From assembly GCA_018304465.1 (NCBI GenBank), contig JAGVWC010000010.1, positions 127,211 to 191,210 of the forward strand: a stretch of DNA of 64,000 nt, written 5' to 3'. A model generated the notes under the pieces. It made no database searches and was not told the origin of the DNA. It saw only the letters and a program-made list of their open reading frames with translations. Position 1 is the first letter of the stretch; each line of letters begins with the position of its first letter. The stretch comes from Candidatus Iainarchaeum sp. (GTDB lineage: Archaea > Iainarchaeota > Iainarchaeia > Iainarchaeales > JAGVWC01). Below, in pieces: positions 46,249 to 56,196 of this stretch. A program made the position numbers and the translations under genes.

Positions 46249-47529
46249 ATGAACCACTGGTGGGAAATTCCGAAACACCAAACCAGCCGCAACAACCAAT
46301 TGTGGATTGCGAACCAAAAAGCGACGCGACTCGCGAAACAATTCCAAACACCGTTATTTGTCTACAACGCAAATCGAATCCGTGAAAATTACCGGCGTCT
46401 CTGCGAAGCGTTTGACGCCACTGGGGCGCCGTATTCCATTCATTACGCCATGAAAGCGAACCCGCATCCCGCGATTCTTGCGCTTCTTCGAAAACTCGGC
46501 GCAAGAATCGACGCGGTTTCCCCAAACGAAGTGCGACTGGCCAAACAAACCGGGTTTTCACCCGAAAAAATTTTTTTCACCGGAACCAGCGTCAGCAACG
46601 ACGACTTGACCGAATTAATCGCATCCGGCGTCCTGATCAATATCGATTCGTTTTCTCAGATGCGTCGCCTGACCGAAAAAAAATTCGACGGAAACGCGTC
46701 GATTCGATGGAACCCCGGAACTGGCGCGGGAATCCACGACCACACCATCACCGGAGGAAAATTCATCAAATTCGGAATCCCCGAAAAATTCATCCTCAAA
46801 GCGTTTCAAACCGCGCGAACAAACGGCCTTTGTGTCGTGGGCCTTCATCAGCACATCGGCTCCGGTTGGCTTGGAAACGACGTTCAAAAATTCCTTAAAA
46901 CCGTCGAAAAAACGATTTCGGTCGGGAAAAAAGCCGAAAAAATCCTTTCAAAACCCCTTGAATTTATCGACTTTGGCGGCGGCCCCGGCATCCGGTACCA
47001 AGAAAAACAAACCGATTTCCCCATTGAAAAATACGCGCAAGGCATCGCAAACGCCATGAAAAAAAACAGCTTGAATTGCCCCGTCGTGATCGAACCCGGA
47101 CGATTCATCGTTGGCGACGCCGGAATTCTGCTGACCGAAGTCAACACAGTGGAAACCAAAAACATTCCCGTGATCGGAGTCAACGCGGGATTCAACGCAT
47201 TGATTCGTCCGGCGTTTTACGGCGCGTACCACGAAATCGTCAACGCGAACCGCCTGCACACCCCCGTTAAAGTGGCCAGTATGGTGGCAGGAAACCTCTG
47301 TGAAAGCGGAGACGTCTTTAACACCGACAAGTATTCTCTTCGAAAACTCCCCAAAACCCGCGAAGGCGACATCTTAGCCATCTTAAACGCCGGCGCCTAC
47401 GGGCGGGCCATGGCCTCCAATTACAACCTGCGCGAACGCCCCGCAGAAATCCTGATCGACGAAAAAAAAACCCGCGTGATCACGCGCAAAGAAACATTCC
47501 GACAACTCATTCAAAACCAAAAACCCTAA
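46249..47529 (+). CDS. PLP-dependent group IV decarboxylase (diaminopimelate / ornithine / carboxynorspermidine decarboxylase family)
   Basis: YAMKANPHPAILALL (PLP-binding Lys), an EPGR-like motif (EPGRFIVGDAG), and a C-terminal beta-sandwich domain. Confidence 0.8.
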   Translation: MNHWWEIPKHQTSRNNQLWIANQKATRLAKQFQTPLFVYNANRIRENYRRLCEAFDATGAPYSIHYAMKANPHPAILALLRKLGARIDAVSPNEVRLAKQTGFSPEKIFFTGTSVSNDDLTELIASGVLINIDSFSQMRRLTEKKFDGNASIRWNPGTGAGIHDHTITGGKFIKFGIPEKFILKAFQTARTNGLCVVGLHQHIGSGWLGNDVQKFLKTVEKTISVGKKAEKILSKPLEFIDFGGGPGIRYQEKQTDFPIEKYAQGIANAMKKNSLNCPVVIEPGRFIVGDAGILLTEVNTVETKNIPVIGVNAGFNALIRPAFYGAYHEIVNANRLHTPVKVASMVAGNLCESGDVFNTDKYSLRKLPKTREGDILAILNAGAYGRAMASNYNLRERPAEILIDEKKTRVITRKETFRQLIQNQKP

Positions 47530-47561
47530 AAGCGAACTTTTTTATTACGAAACCGCGTGTA

Positions 47562-48284
47562 ATGGATATGCAACGATTTTTGGCGCTCATATTATTTGGA
47601 ACGCTGTTATTTGGCTGCGTTTCCAACTCGTCGCTTTCCGCCCCCGACCAGTCTCCGCCCACGCTACGCGCGATTTTACGCAACACGCTAAATGTCACGG
47701 ATTATTCCATGCTACCCGAACACGCCGTAAACGAGACTGTGCAAATCAACGAAATTGAAATCAAACCGTTGCGCATTGAAACGTTTTTTTCAGAGGAATC
47801 CCAGATCACAACCGCAGTCGAAAACAAACCCGAAACAGAATCCAGTGAAATGCGACTCGTGCTGGTCGTCCTCAAACTCACCAATCATTCGAACACGGTT
47901 TATTCCTTTGACCCCGCATCATGGGTGGTCACACCCAACGCATTTTCGTTTGAATCCAATGAAGCACCCGAAAACCGGTTTTTGGAATCAAAAGGACCGA
48001 TACGCCCAAACGAAACCAAAAAATTCGTTTTTTTCATCCGACAACCCACCGCGGGTCCGGCGAACATCGTTTTTTCATTGAACCCCACGGCTTCGAACCC
48101 TTCCCCCGAACCGACAATTGTCAAATACGGCTTTTGGCTTCCGACCGAATACACGTTTCTTTCGGTTGAAAAACTATTCGAAGAAAGCTGCAAAAAAAAC
48201 GCGGAAAACACCCGCGGATGCCAGGTATTCAAAAACACGTTTGGAAACGAATGCGCGGACGGACAAATCCGACGCGCCTGCTGA
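47562..48284 (+). CDS. Hypothetical secreted (lipoprotein-like) protein
   Basis: Signal peptide with LFGC lipobox-like motif MDMQRFLALILFGTLLFGCVSNSS. Confidence 0.45.
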   Translation: MDMQRFLALILFGTLLFGCVSNSSLSAPDQSPPTLRAILRNTLNVTDYSMLPEHAVNETVQINEIEIKPLRIETFFSEESQITTAVENKPETESSEMRLVLVVLKLTNHSNTVYSFDPASWVVTPNAFSFESNEAPENRFLESKGPIRPNETKKFVFFIRQPTAGPANIVFSLNPTASNPSPEPTIVKYGFWLPTEYTFLSVEKLFEESCKKNAENTRGCQVFKNTFGNECADGQIRRAC

Positions 48285-48333
48285 ATTTTCGCCACCTCAA
48301 GCTTTTTTAATCCCCGTTTCCTTTTATTAGCAC

Positions 48334-48810
48334 ATGCCCAAATTGCGCGTCGGAATATTTTCGTTTACCGGAGACGAAGGCTGCGTCATTACTTTTTTGG
48401 AAATACTAAACACCAAGTTTTTCGAATGGATCGAAAAAGTAGATTTCGTCAATGTCCGCGTCCTCCAAAAAAAAGTCTCGATGGAAAACATTGACGTTGC
48501 GTTCGTGGAAGGCGCGATTTCAACCGAAAAAGAAGTCGCCAAACTCAAGGAAATCCGCCAAAACAGCAAAAAAGTCGTGGCGATCGGAAGTTGCGCCATC
48601 AGCGGAGCCCCCAGCAACCACCGCAACCTATTTGACGAAAAAACCCGGCTTGAAATCCTTCCGATTCTCGAGCGATTTCATCACCGCGAAAAAGTCGTTC
48701 CGCTTTCAAACCTCATCCTTGTCGACGACCAGGTTCCGGGGTGTCCGATCATCGAGGAAAAATTCATCGAAGTCATGGAAAAATACGTCAAAGAAATGGG
48801 AGGAAACTAA
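48334..48810 (+). CDS. [NiFe]-hydrogenase small subunit, short HoxY/delta-like form (proximal 4Fe-4S only)
   Basis: Cys ligands GDEGCV, GSCAISG and PGCP; 158 aa. Confidence 0.75.
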   Translation: MPKLRVGIFSFTGDEGCVITFLEILNTKFFEWIEKVDFVNVRVLQKKVSMENIDVAFVEGAISTEKEVAKLKEIRQNSKKVVAIGSCAISGAPSNHRNLFDEKTRLEILPILERFHHREKVVPLSNLILVDDQVPGCPIIEEKFIEVMEKYVKEMGGN

Positions 48811-50112
48811 ATGTCCCACACGCACGATTTAGACATCACGATTGACCAAATATCCAAAATCGAAGGACACGCCGAAATCTCGGTTACGGTCCGAAACGGC
48901 GAAGTCACCGACGTCAAACTCAAAATCAACGAAAACAAACGATTTTACACGCAAGCCGTCCGCGGAAAACCCTTCGTTTCCGTTCCCCAACTCGTCAGCC
49001 GCATTTGCGGCACGTGTTCGGTTGCCCACCTCAACGGTTCCATCATGGCGCTCGAAAACGGACTTGGACTTTCGCCTTCTCCGCAAGACCAACTGCTTCG
49101 CGAACTCTCCATGCACGGCCTCATGGTCCGCGATCACGCCATGCACCTGTATTTTTTCTGCCTGCCAGATGAAATGAACGCCGATTCCGTCATGGAACTC
49201 GCCAAAACCAATCACGACCTCGTGCACGAAGCGTTTCACGTCAAAGGCGCCGGAAACGCGCTTTCCCGCCTGGTGCTTGGACGCGCGGTCCACGGATTAT
49301 TCGCCCAAGTCGGCTACTACTCCCAAACTCCAAGCAAAGAACAGATTAACGAAGTGATCAAAGAACTCAAAGAAAACCGAGACGCCGCCTTGCGATTATG
49401 CGAAATATTTTATAATTCCAAATTCGAATTCGAACGCACCACCAATTTCGTTTCCTTGGTCGGAGAACGCTTTGATTACCTCACAGGAGAAATCCATTCG
49501 AGTTTGGGACTCTGCATTTCGCCTCAAATGTACCGAAAACACCTTGATCACGTCGTCAAGCCGTATTCCCAAGCGTCCGCGTACGCACTGGAAGGAAAAG
49601 ACTACATGACCGGCGCGTTACCGCGACTCAACATGATCAAAGACAAACTGCATCCCGACACCCAAAAATCCTGCCACGAATACCTTAAGGTATTCCCCTC
49701 CAAAAACATTTTCCACAACAACCTGGCGCAAGCCATCGAAATCGTTCATGGCATCGACCGATCCGTCGAAATACTCGAAACCAACGAATTCAAAGCCGAT
49801 ACCAAACCCGCATTGATACCCAAAAAATCCGACGGCATCGGATTGTTGGAAGCCCCCCGCGGAAACCTGTATTACTTGTTGTCCACCGACGAACAAGGAC
49901 ACGTCACGTTTGCCGACATCATCACCCCCAGTTCCCAAAACCAAATCAACATGGAAAACGACTTGCGCAAACTCATCAGAGGAAACCTCGACAAAAGCCG
50001 CGAAGAAATCGAATTCGAAATGGAAAAACTCATCCGCGCATACGATCCCTGTTTTTCCTGCGCGAGCCACTTTCTGAAAGTCAAATGGAACGGACAAAAA
50101 CCGGCGAAATAA
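48811..50112 (+). CDS. [NiFe]-hydrogenase large subunit (groups 1-3 type, cytoplasmic group-3-like)
   Basis: N-terminal L1 motif RICGTCSVAH; C-terminal L2 motif DPCFSCASH followed by a short cleavable extension. Confidence 0.85.
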   Translation: MSHTHDLDITIDQISKIEGHAEISVTVRNGEVTDVKLKINENKRFYTQAVRGKPFVSVPQLVSRICGTCSVAHLNGSIMALENGLGLSPSPQDQLLRELSMHGLMVRDHAMHLYFFCLPDEMNADSVMELAKTNHDLVHEAFHVKGAGNALSRLVLGRAVHGLFAQVGYYSQTPSKEQINEVIKELKENRDAALRLCEIFYNSKFEFERTTNFVSLVGERFDYLTGEIHSSLGLCISPQMYRKHLDHVVKPYSQASAYALEGKDYMTGALPRLNMIKDKLHPDTQKSCHEYLKVFPSKNIFHNNLAQAIEIVHGIDRSVEILETNEFKADTKPALIPKKSDGIGLLEAPRGNLYYLLSTDEQGHVTFADIITPSSQNQINMENDLRKLIRGNLDKSREEIEFEMEKLIRAYDPCFSCASHFLKVKWNGQKPAK

Positions 50113-50130
50113 ATGTCCAATCCGGGGACG

Positions 50131-50523
50131 TTAAGCCCGTTCCATCGCTTCAATCACCGGAACGATTTCGGAAAACGCTTTTTTGGCGGGGTATGTCATC
50201 GGGATCCCGATGATGTTAACGGTTTTCAACAACCCCATCGCTTTCAATAGTTTCAAACTCTGACCCAAATCAAAATCGTGCATGGAAAACCGTTTCGTGT
50301 TCTCGAACGAATCGATATCCGTCAACACCGATACTTTTTCAATTCCTTCCACAGCGTCCAGAATCGTCAAATCCGAGCCTTCTTTTTCGAGGTCTTCGAC
50401 CGCGTCAAACTCGACAAACGCGATTGTTGGAAACCGTTTTCGAAGAAGCGGCAAAATTTTCAAAGCAATTGAATCTTCCGCGACCAACGGGTTTCCAAAC
50501 ACCAAAATCCGCACTGTTCCCAC
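50131..50523 (-). CDS. Hydrogenase maturation endopeptidase (HycI/HoxW-like)
   Basis: 130 aa, N-terminal VRILVFGNPLVAEDSIALKIL, typical of the small hydrogenase proteases; convergent with the large subunit gene. Confidence 0.65.
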   Translation of the reverse strand: MGTVRILVFGNPLVAEDSIALKILPLLRKRFPTIAFVEFDAVEDLEKEGSDLTILDAVEGIEKVSVLTDIDSFENTKRFSMHDFDLGQSLKLLKAMGLLKTVNIIGIPMTYPAKKAFSEIVPVIEAMERA

Positions 50524-50577
50524 TGAAAGGGATTACGCGGCATCGGTTTAAAAAACAAACGAGCTTTTTTCTATCGA

Positions 50578-51501
50578 ATGGCCGGACCCAATCCCCGACT
50601 AGGCACCCTCCTTGTTTTGATTACCGCGTTATCCAGCGGAATCGCGATTTTTCTCAACAAATACTCGATCGCAAGCTTTGACAACGCCTTCGTGTTCACG
50701 TTCCTCAAAAACGCATTGGTCGCCGCCGTACTGCTGGGATTTATTTTTCTTTTCCATAAACGAAAAACCCTCGAATCAATGCGGCTCAAAGAATGGGGCG
50801 CGTTGATTTTAATCGGGTTGATCGGAGGCGCCGCCGCGTTCGCGATTTATTTTTACGCGCTCAAAACCGCCAATGGTCTTGCCGCGGGACTTTTGCACAA
50901 AACCCTTTTCGTTTGGGCAGGCGCACTCGCCGTGATCGCGCTCAAGGAAAAAATCGACAAACGATTCCTCGTTGCCGCCGGACTCATCGTTACTGGCAAC
51001 CTGTTGCTTTTTAGCGGAAACCTGTCATTTGGATTATCCGAAGGATTGATACTCGTCGCGGTATTGCTTTGGGCCGTTGAAAACATGCTGGCCAAACGAC
51101 TCCTCAATCAAAATCAACACCTGGACGGTTTAACAGTGGGCTTTGGACGCATGTTTTTCGGAGCCTTGTTTTTGTTTGGATTACTGGTTTTTACCGGTGA
51201 CGTTTCCGGAATCGGTTCGCTTTCCTTTGACCACTGGCAATGGATCGCCCTCACCGGCCTTTTTTTGGTGGTCTACGTGGCCACGTATTACGTGGGACTC
51301 GAACACATTCCATTGCATCAAGCCGCCGCGTTATTGGCGTTCGGACAACCCGTGACCGCAGTACTCACGTTTTTTTTCGTGGGAAAAACGCCGCTCCTGC
51401 CTGAAGCCGTCGGATTATTGCTTTTAGTGCTGGGCACGCTTTTTATCGCATTGGCTTCTTTTTGGAACCAATCCCACTCCCAACCGGTGCTGGCCGGGTG
51501 A
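50578..51501 (+). CDS. EamA/DMT-family transporter
   Basis: 307 aa, ten TM helices arranged as two EamA-like repeats. Confidence 0.7.
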   Translation: MAGPNPRLGTLLVLITALSSGIAIFLNKYSIASFDNAFVFTFLKNALVAAVLLGFIFLFHKRKTLESMRLKEWGALILIGLIGGAAAFAIYFYALKTANGLAAGLLHKTLFVWAGALAVIALKEKIDKRFLVAAGLIVTGNLLLFSGNLSFGLSEGLILVAVLLWAVENMLAKRLLNQNQHLDGLTVGFGRMFFGALFLFGLLVFTGDVSGIGSLSFDHWQWIALTGLFLVVYVATYYVGLEHIPLHQAAALLAFGQPVTAVLTFFFVGKTPLLPEAVGLLLLVLGTLFIALASFWNQSHSQPVLAG

Positions 51502-51505
51502 GCCG

Positions 51506-52231
51506 TTGCAGGGAATCGAATTACTGGTTCGCCATTCGTTTGCCCCTAACCGGTTGCATTATTGCGGAGACGACGATTATTCAAGCCGCATCCAGCAGTT
51601 TATCCAAAGCCGCGATCCCACGCTTGGACAAACCCTCAAAAAAGAGTACACGACGTTTCGAGCCGCTTTCGGATACGTTAAAACCATTGCCGAATCGGTT
51701 CAAAAAAACCCGTTTGATTTCGAAGTCGCGGAAGCCTACTGGATCGGAAACGCGTTACTGGACCACGTTTCCTCCGACATCCTTTCGAAATTGTTCTTAA
51801 CCCGTTTTTCAGCGGGAGAATACCTGGGAAGCGAACTTGCCGCGGAAATGGCCGCCCAACTTCCAGCCAAAATCTATCCGCATCATTCGTTTCACGTGCT
51901 ATACCTGCATTTTTTGAGCGGCAAAGTCCCCGTCACACTGCCCAACATCAACCATTGCCTGATTTTGCCCGCAAAAGTGCTGGATGTATCCCCCGGAAAA
52001 CTGACGGTGGAAAAAAAGCCATTTGAAATTCATAACGGCGATTTTCGGATTGGAAAACCCGTTCACCAGGAAATAGACCGGTTTTTTTCCGATCCCATAC
52101 AAACCGGGGATTGGGTTTCGGTCCACTGGAACACGTATTGCATGACGCTTACCCCCCTTCAAAAAGAAAACTTGGAAAAATACACCGCGGCCAATTTGGC
52201 TTTGCTTAACGCCGCTTCGATTTTTTCTTAA
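51506..52231 (+). CDS. Hypothetical protein
   Basis: 241 aa, no motif recognised; its 3' end overlaps the convergent HypC gene by ~26 nt. Confidence 0.35.
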   Translation: MQGIELLVRHSFAPNRLHYCGDDDYSSRIQQFIQSRDPTLGQTLKKEYTTFRAAFGYVKTIAESVQKNPFDFEVAEAYWIGNALLDHVSSDILSKLFLTRFSAGEYLGSELAAEMAAQLPAKIYPHHSFHVLYLHFLSGKVPVTLPNINHCLILPAKVLDVSPGKLTVEKKPFEIHNGDFRIGKPVHQEIDRFFSDPIQTGDWVSVHWNTYCMTLTPLQKENLEKYTAANLALLNAASIFS

Positions 52232-52430
52232 TTCGCCCCGACAAAATCGTCGCCATTTCTTTTGCCGCTTTTTCTTCCAATCGCTCGACCACGCTGTTCT
52301 GCCACACCAGGACAAAATCGCCTTTCTTGGCTGCCACCGTGTTCAGTACTTTTCGACGCACCCGGCCGATTCGAACCACGGCAAAAACGTCGTCCAGTTC
52401 CTCGATTTTTCCCGGAATCCCAAGGCACAT
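52206..52430 (-). CDS. hypC: Hydrogenase assembly chaperone HypC/HupF
   Basis: Begins MCLGIPGKI (canonical MC(L/I)(A/G)IP); ~75 aa from the ATG at 52430; the track ORF is over-extended. Confidence 0.6.
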   Translation of the reverse strand: MCLGIPGKIEELDDVFAVVRIGRVRRKVLNTVAAKKGDFVLVWQNSVVERLEEKAAKEMATILSGRIKKKSKRR

Positions 52431-52713
52431 GCACACACAACAACCACGATAGAGAATAAAAAATCGGCGCACCAAAGCGAAAAAAAGCGCATAGGTTTAA
52501 AATGAGTTTTTATAATTCAATTATAGATTACGTTTTTTTCACCGAAGGAACCCAATATGCAGACCAAAAACACGAACCACAAAGTCGTTCACTTGCGTCT
52601 CGAACCGTTTTTTTTTCAATTCACCAGTATCCCGGGGGAAATCACCAAACAAACGACCGTTGGCCAAAAAGCCGAACGAAACAAAACAAACACAAAGGAG
52701 GAGGAAAAAACGA

Positions 52714-54336
52714 ATGAATCAAACTCATTTACCCACTAAAATCAATGTTCGGATCGCCATCCTGTTCATGGTGTTCATCACCATTGCCGGAGCCACCCAC
52801 GCCGCCGGCACCTCGATGCAGATCACCACGTTCAACGAAGGAACTGAAGAAAACGGCTGGATCCAAATACAGGGACCGGCAGACGGCATTTCGGTCGACA
52901 CACACCCAGCCCACGTCGACGACGGAAGCGGGATCAAACTGGCTTCAAGCAACGAAACCCCCACCCGCGCCGTCAAAACGCTTTCAACACCGCTTGATTT
53001 AAGCAATTATCAGTCGCTTTATCTGGAATTCTACGCGGACAAAAACGAAAATCAGGTTCAAAAAGTCGGAGTCCAATTCGTCGACACCATCCACGGACAC
53101 GCTTTTTTCCACTGCGTTTACCTCACAAGCCCCGTTAATCCAGGAAACACGCGGATGAAGCAAACCGTCATGAAAGAAGACTGTTCAAGCATCGTTCAAA
53201 ACGGAGAAAGCCCCAACTGGAACAGCATCACCCAAATCCGTGTTCTTGCCACCGCGCGGCAAGGACAAAGCGTCCACGTGACATTCGATCGCTTGTCGGC
53301 TTACAAAAATCTCTTGACCCGCGGAAAAATCCTGCTGTCCTTTGACGACGGATACAAAAGCCATAACACCGCAGCACTACCCATCCTGAACAAAAACAAC
53401 CTGAAAGGAACCTCATACGTCATCATGCACGGATCCTCGTCGATTGGAACCGGAAAAAACTACATGACGACAGAACAAGTCCAGGAACTGTACGACGCGG
53501 GATGGGACATCGGAAGCCACGCGTCGCCGTCGCTTACCCGACTGGATCCGGATGCAGCCGCGGAACTGGTCAAAGAAACCGTCGAACGCATTGACGCCAA
53601 TGGTTGGACCCGCGCCTCAGAGCACTTTGCGTATCCGCGCGGAGAATACTCGCAAGACCTGATCGACCGGTTAAAACCCTATATCTCCACAGGCAGAACC
53701 GTTGAAGACGATCCAAACCCGGCGTCGTTCCCAAACCCTTACGCGATCAACGCGTGGTCCATCGACTCCACCGACAGCGTGGACTCGCTCAAGCAATGGG
53801 TTGACCGCTGCGCCGCGAACAAAGACGCCTGTATCCTGACGTTTCACAACCTCGTGGACACACCGGGAAACATCAAGGAATACAACAAAGCGGATTTCGA
53901 AAAATTCGCGGAATACGTGGCGTTGCTGGACCAGGAAAACACGGCGGATATCGTAACGATCTCGCAATTATACCAAACCCACCACGCATTAACCACGGTG
54001 GACCCGACCGTCCAGTATGAAGGAAGCAAATGGGGAAAAGTCATGCGAAACAACGGCCGGCCCATGCGCGTCGAAAGCCGCGTATACCGGTTCAACCAAA
54101 ACCGTATCATCCTCGCGAACTATGAAGCCGCCACGTTCAACGGAAACGTAACGTTATACCATTCCCGGTTCGACTGCGGAACGCTTCGGGAACTGCGATA
54201 CACGAGCCAAACCGGAAAATACCAGAAAACCTACGGAGTAGGCGAGTTTTCGTGTAACGCGGAACAAGGCAAACTCGTATTTCAAGTGAACGGAATTGAA
54301 CCCGGCGAAAACAATCTGGTTTACCTGGTCCGGTAA
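52714..54336 (+). CDS. Secreted polysaccharide deacetylase (NodB-domain) protein with N-terminal beta-rich domain
   Basis: Signal/TM VRIAILFMVFITIAGATHA; NodB motif LLSFDDGYKSH...GWDIGSH. The ATG at 52714 is preceded by GGAGGAGG. Confidence 0.7.
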   Translation: MNQTHLPTKINVRIAILFMVFITIAGATHAAGTSMQITTFNEGTEENGWIQIQGPADGISVDTHPAHVDDGSGIKLASSNETPTRAVKTLSTPLDLSNYQSLYLEFYADKNENQVQKVGVQFVDTIHGHAFFHCVYLTSPVNPGNTRMKQTVMKEDCSSIVQNGESPNWNSITQIRVLATARQGQSVHVTFDRLSAYKNLLTRGKILLSFDDGYKSHNTAALPILNKNNLKGTSYVIMHGSSSIGTGKNYMTTEQVQELYDAGWDIGSHASPSLTRLDPDAAAELVKETVERIDANGWTRASEHFAYPRGEYSQDLIDRLKPYISTGRTVEDDPNPASFPNPYAINAWSIDSTDSVDSLKQWVDRCAANKDACILTFHNLVDTPGNIKEYNKADFEKFAEYVALLDQENTADIVTISQLYQTHHALTTVDPTVQYEGSKWGKVMRNNGRPMRVESRVYRFNQNRIILANYEAATFNGNVTLYHSRFDCGTLRELRYTSQTGKYQKTYGVGEFSCNAEQGKLVFQVNGIEPGENNLVYLVR

Positions 54337-54434
54337 CGGAAAAAAAACCCTTTCGGGGGAACTATTTCTTTTTTTAACGAAAGTCAAATCCGAGCATACC
54401 TATAAATTCGGATTTTCTCTTTTTTTTATCCGTT

Positions 54435-55493
54435 ATGATCGAATGGAAAGACGAAATCCAAAACGCGAATTGGATCAAACAGTTTTCCGGCCACTGGAGC
54501 ATCCTGTCCTGCCATTATTTCACGGAAGCCTACGCCCTTGCTAACCTTCACCGCTTTGGCGTGAATATTCCGCGGTTTTTGTGCATGGTAAAACAAGGAA
54601 ACGCCACGGGTTACATTGACAAAAACGATCTGGACTACTTTGGCCAGGCGCTTAGTCATCGCATCGAACACAACCCGCATGAATCCGAAGAATGGAGCAA
54701 AGAACTCCGGCAACACACCGACCAACTCAATTCTTTTTTTTCTCAATTCGAGACAAAAAAAATAACTCCCGCCGACTACTTTGAATTGTGGACCCGCGCC
54801 TACCCGTTCATAGCGTTAAATTCCGCCATCAAACGAACCCAAGACTACCTGCCGCAGCCCCTAAGCGAAAAAATACTGCCGTTTTTTTCCGAGACCCGAA
54901 AATATTCCCAAACGATTTACACCAACATCGAGTTTTTTCTGGAAAAATGGGCGCAGCAAGAAAGCAAACCCTCGCATTACCCGGCAGAATTGCTTTTATG
55001 CATGTCCAAATTCGAAGCCGAAGAATACCTGCATCACCACGCCTTGCCCCAGCTACCGCTTTTAAAAGAACGCGCCAAAGCCTGCGCCGTACTGTACACC
55101 AAACACGAACACACCGCCATCGAGTATCCCGAATTATGGGAAGTCGAAAAAAAACTGGCACCGCCGCATTTGGAAGAATCTTTTTCGGGCCAAATCGCCC
55201 AACCCGGAAAAGTCACGGGAAACGCAAAAATAAGCCTGGATCCCCACGCCAAAAACGATTTTTCAACCGGCGACATTCTCGTGACGCAAATGACCCGTCC
55301 CGAATACATGCCTTTCATCCGAAAAGCAAGCGCCATTGTCACGGACGGGAACACGCGACCAGCACACTCAAAACAGGCGACCGGATCGAAGTGGACGCCG
55401 ATGCCGGGATCATCCGACGACTGTCTGTTGACCGAACCAAAAAAAACTAGATGCTCGTGCGGTCAAACAAGGTTCCCGCGATTCCGAACATGA
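54435..55493 (+). CDS. PEP-utilizing-enzyme mobile-domain protein (PEP synthase / rifampicin-phosphotransferase-like C-terminus); 3' end apparently frameshifted or deleted
   Basis: GKVTGNAKI...GDILVTQMTRPEYMPFIRKASAIVTDGNT matches the PEP-utilizers mobile domain. The expected terminal ...LKTGDRIEVDADAGIIRRL is in another frame (track ORF 54788..55450), and the SHAAIVARE-like segment appears absent. Confidence 0.45.
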   Translation: MIEWKDEIQNANWIKQFSGHWSILSCHYFTEAYALANLHRFGVNIPRFLCMVKQGNATGYIDKNDLDYFGQALSHRIEHNPHESEEWSKELRQHTDQLNSFFSQFETKKITPADYFELWTRAYPFIALNSAIKRTQDYLPQPLSEKILPFFSETRKYSQTIYTNIEFFLEKWAQQESKPSHYPAELLLCMSKFEAEEYLHHHALPQLPLLKERAKACAVLYTKHEHTAIEYPELWEVEKKLAPPHLEESFSGQIAQPGKVTGNAKISLDPHAKNDFSTGDILVTQMTRPEYMPFIRKASAIVTDGNTRPAHSKQATGSKWTPMPGSSDDCLLTEPKKTRCSCGQTRFPRFRT

Positions 55494-56196
55494 TGACCAA
55501 TCCCACCAAAAGCACCGCGAAATTCAACGCCAAGGAATTAACCCCGACCCCGATAATCAATCCCCTTAATGCGTCCACGGCATAACTCACCGGATTAAAC
55601 AAACTGAGGGTTTGAAGCCAACCCGGCATTTTATCCAGCGGAAACAAGGCATTGGAAAGAAAAAACAGGGGAAAAATAACCAGGTTCACGATCAACTGGA
55701 ACGTCTCGACTTCCGTAATCACGGACGCCAAACCGATTCCGATCGAAACAATCAACGCCGAAAAAACAATCATGACCAGCAACGCAAGAAAAATCTCGAA
55801 CAAACCCGGAGACGCAAGCCCCAACAGCACCCCGATGATCAGAATCACGAACCCCTGCAACACCGAAGTCGTGGCGCCGCCCAACGCCCGGCCGATCACG
55901 ATCGAAAAACGGCTGGTTGGAGCCACCAACAGTTCTTTCAGGTATCCCAATTCGCGATCCCAAATAATCGAAACCCCTGAAAAAACCGAATTGAACAAAA
56001 TCGTCATTCCGATGATTCCGGGAAGAATAAAAGACTGGTAATCAAACTCAGGAACCAACCCTCCGATTCCCGCGCCAAGCGCAAACAAGAAAAACAAGGG
56101 CATGGCGAGGCTTCCGATAATCCGCGACTTCGAATTCGTAAACCGCTTGGTTTCCCGCAACCACACCGCATAAATTTTTCCCGCTTCAATGGCCAT
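55447..56196 (-). CDS. ABC-2 family transporter permease
   Basis: 249 aa, six TM helices; overlaps the upstream ATPase gene by 11 nt. Confidence 0.75.
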   Translation of the reverse strand: MAIEAGKIYAVWLRETKRFTNSKSRIIGSLAMPLFFLFALGAGIGGLVPEFDYQSFILPGIIGMTILFNSVFSGVSIIWDRELGYLKELLVAPTSRFSIVIGRALGGATTSVLQGFVILIIGVLLGLASPGLFEIFLALLVMIVFSALIVSIGIGLASVITEVETFQLIVNLVIFPLFFLSNALFPLDKMPGWLQTLSLFNPVSYAVDALRGLIIGVGVNSLALNFAVLLVGLVIMFGIAGTLFDRTSI

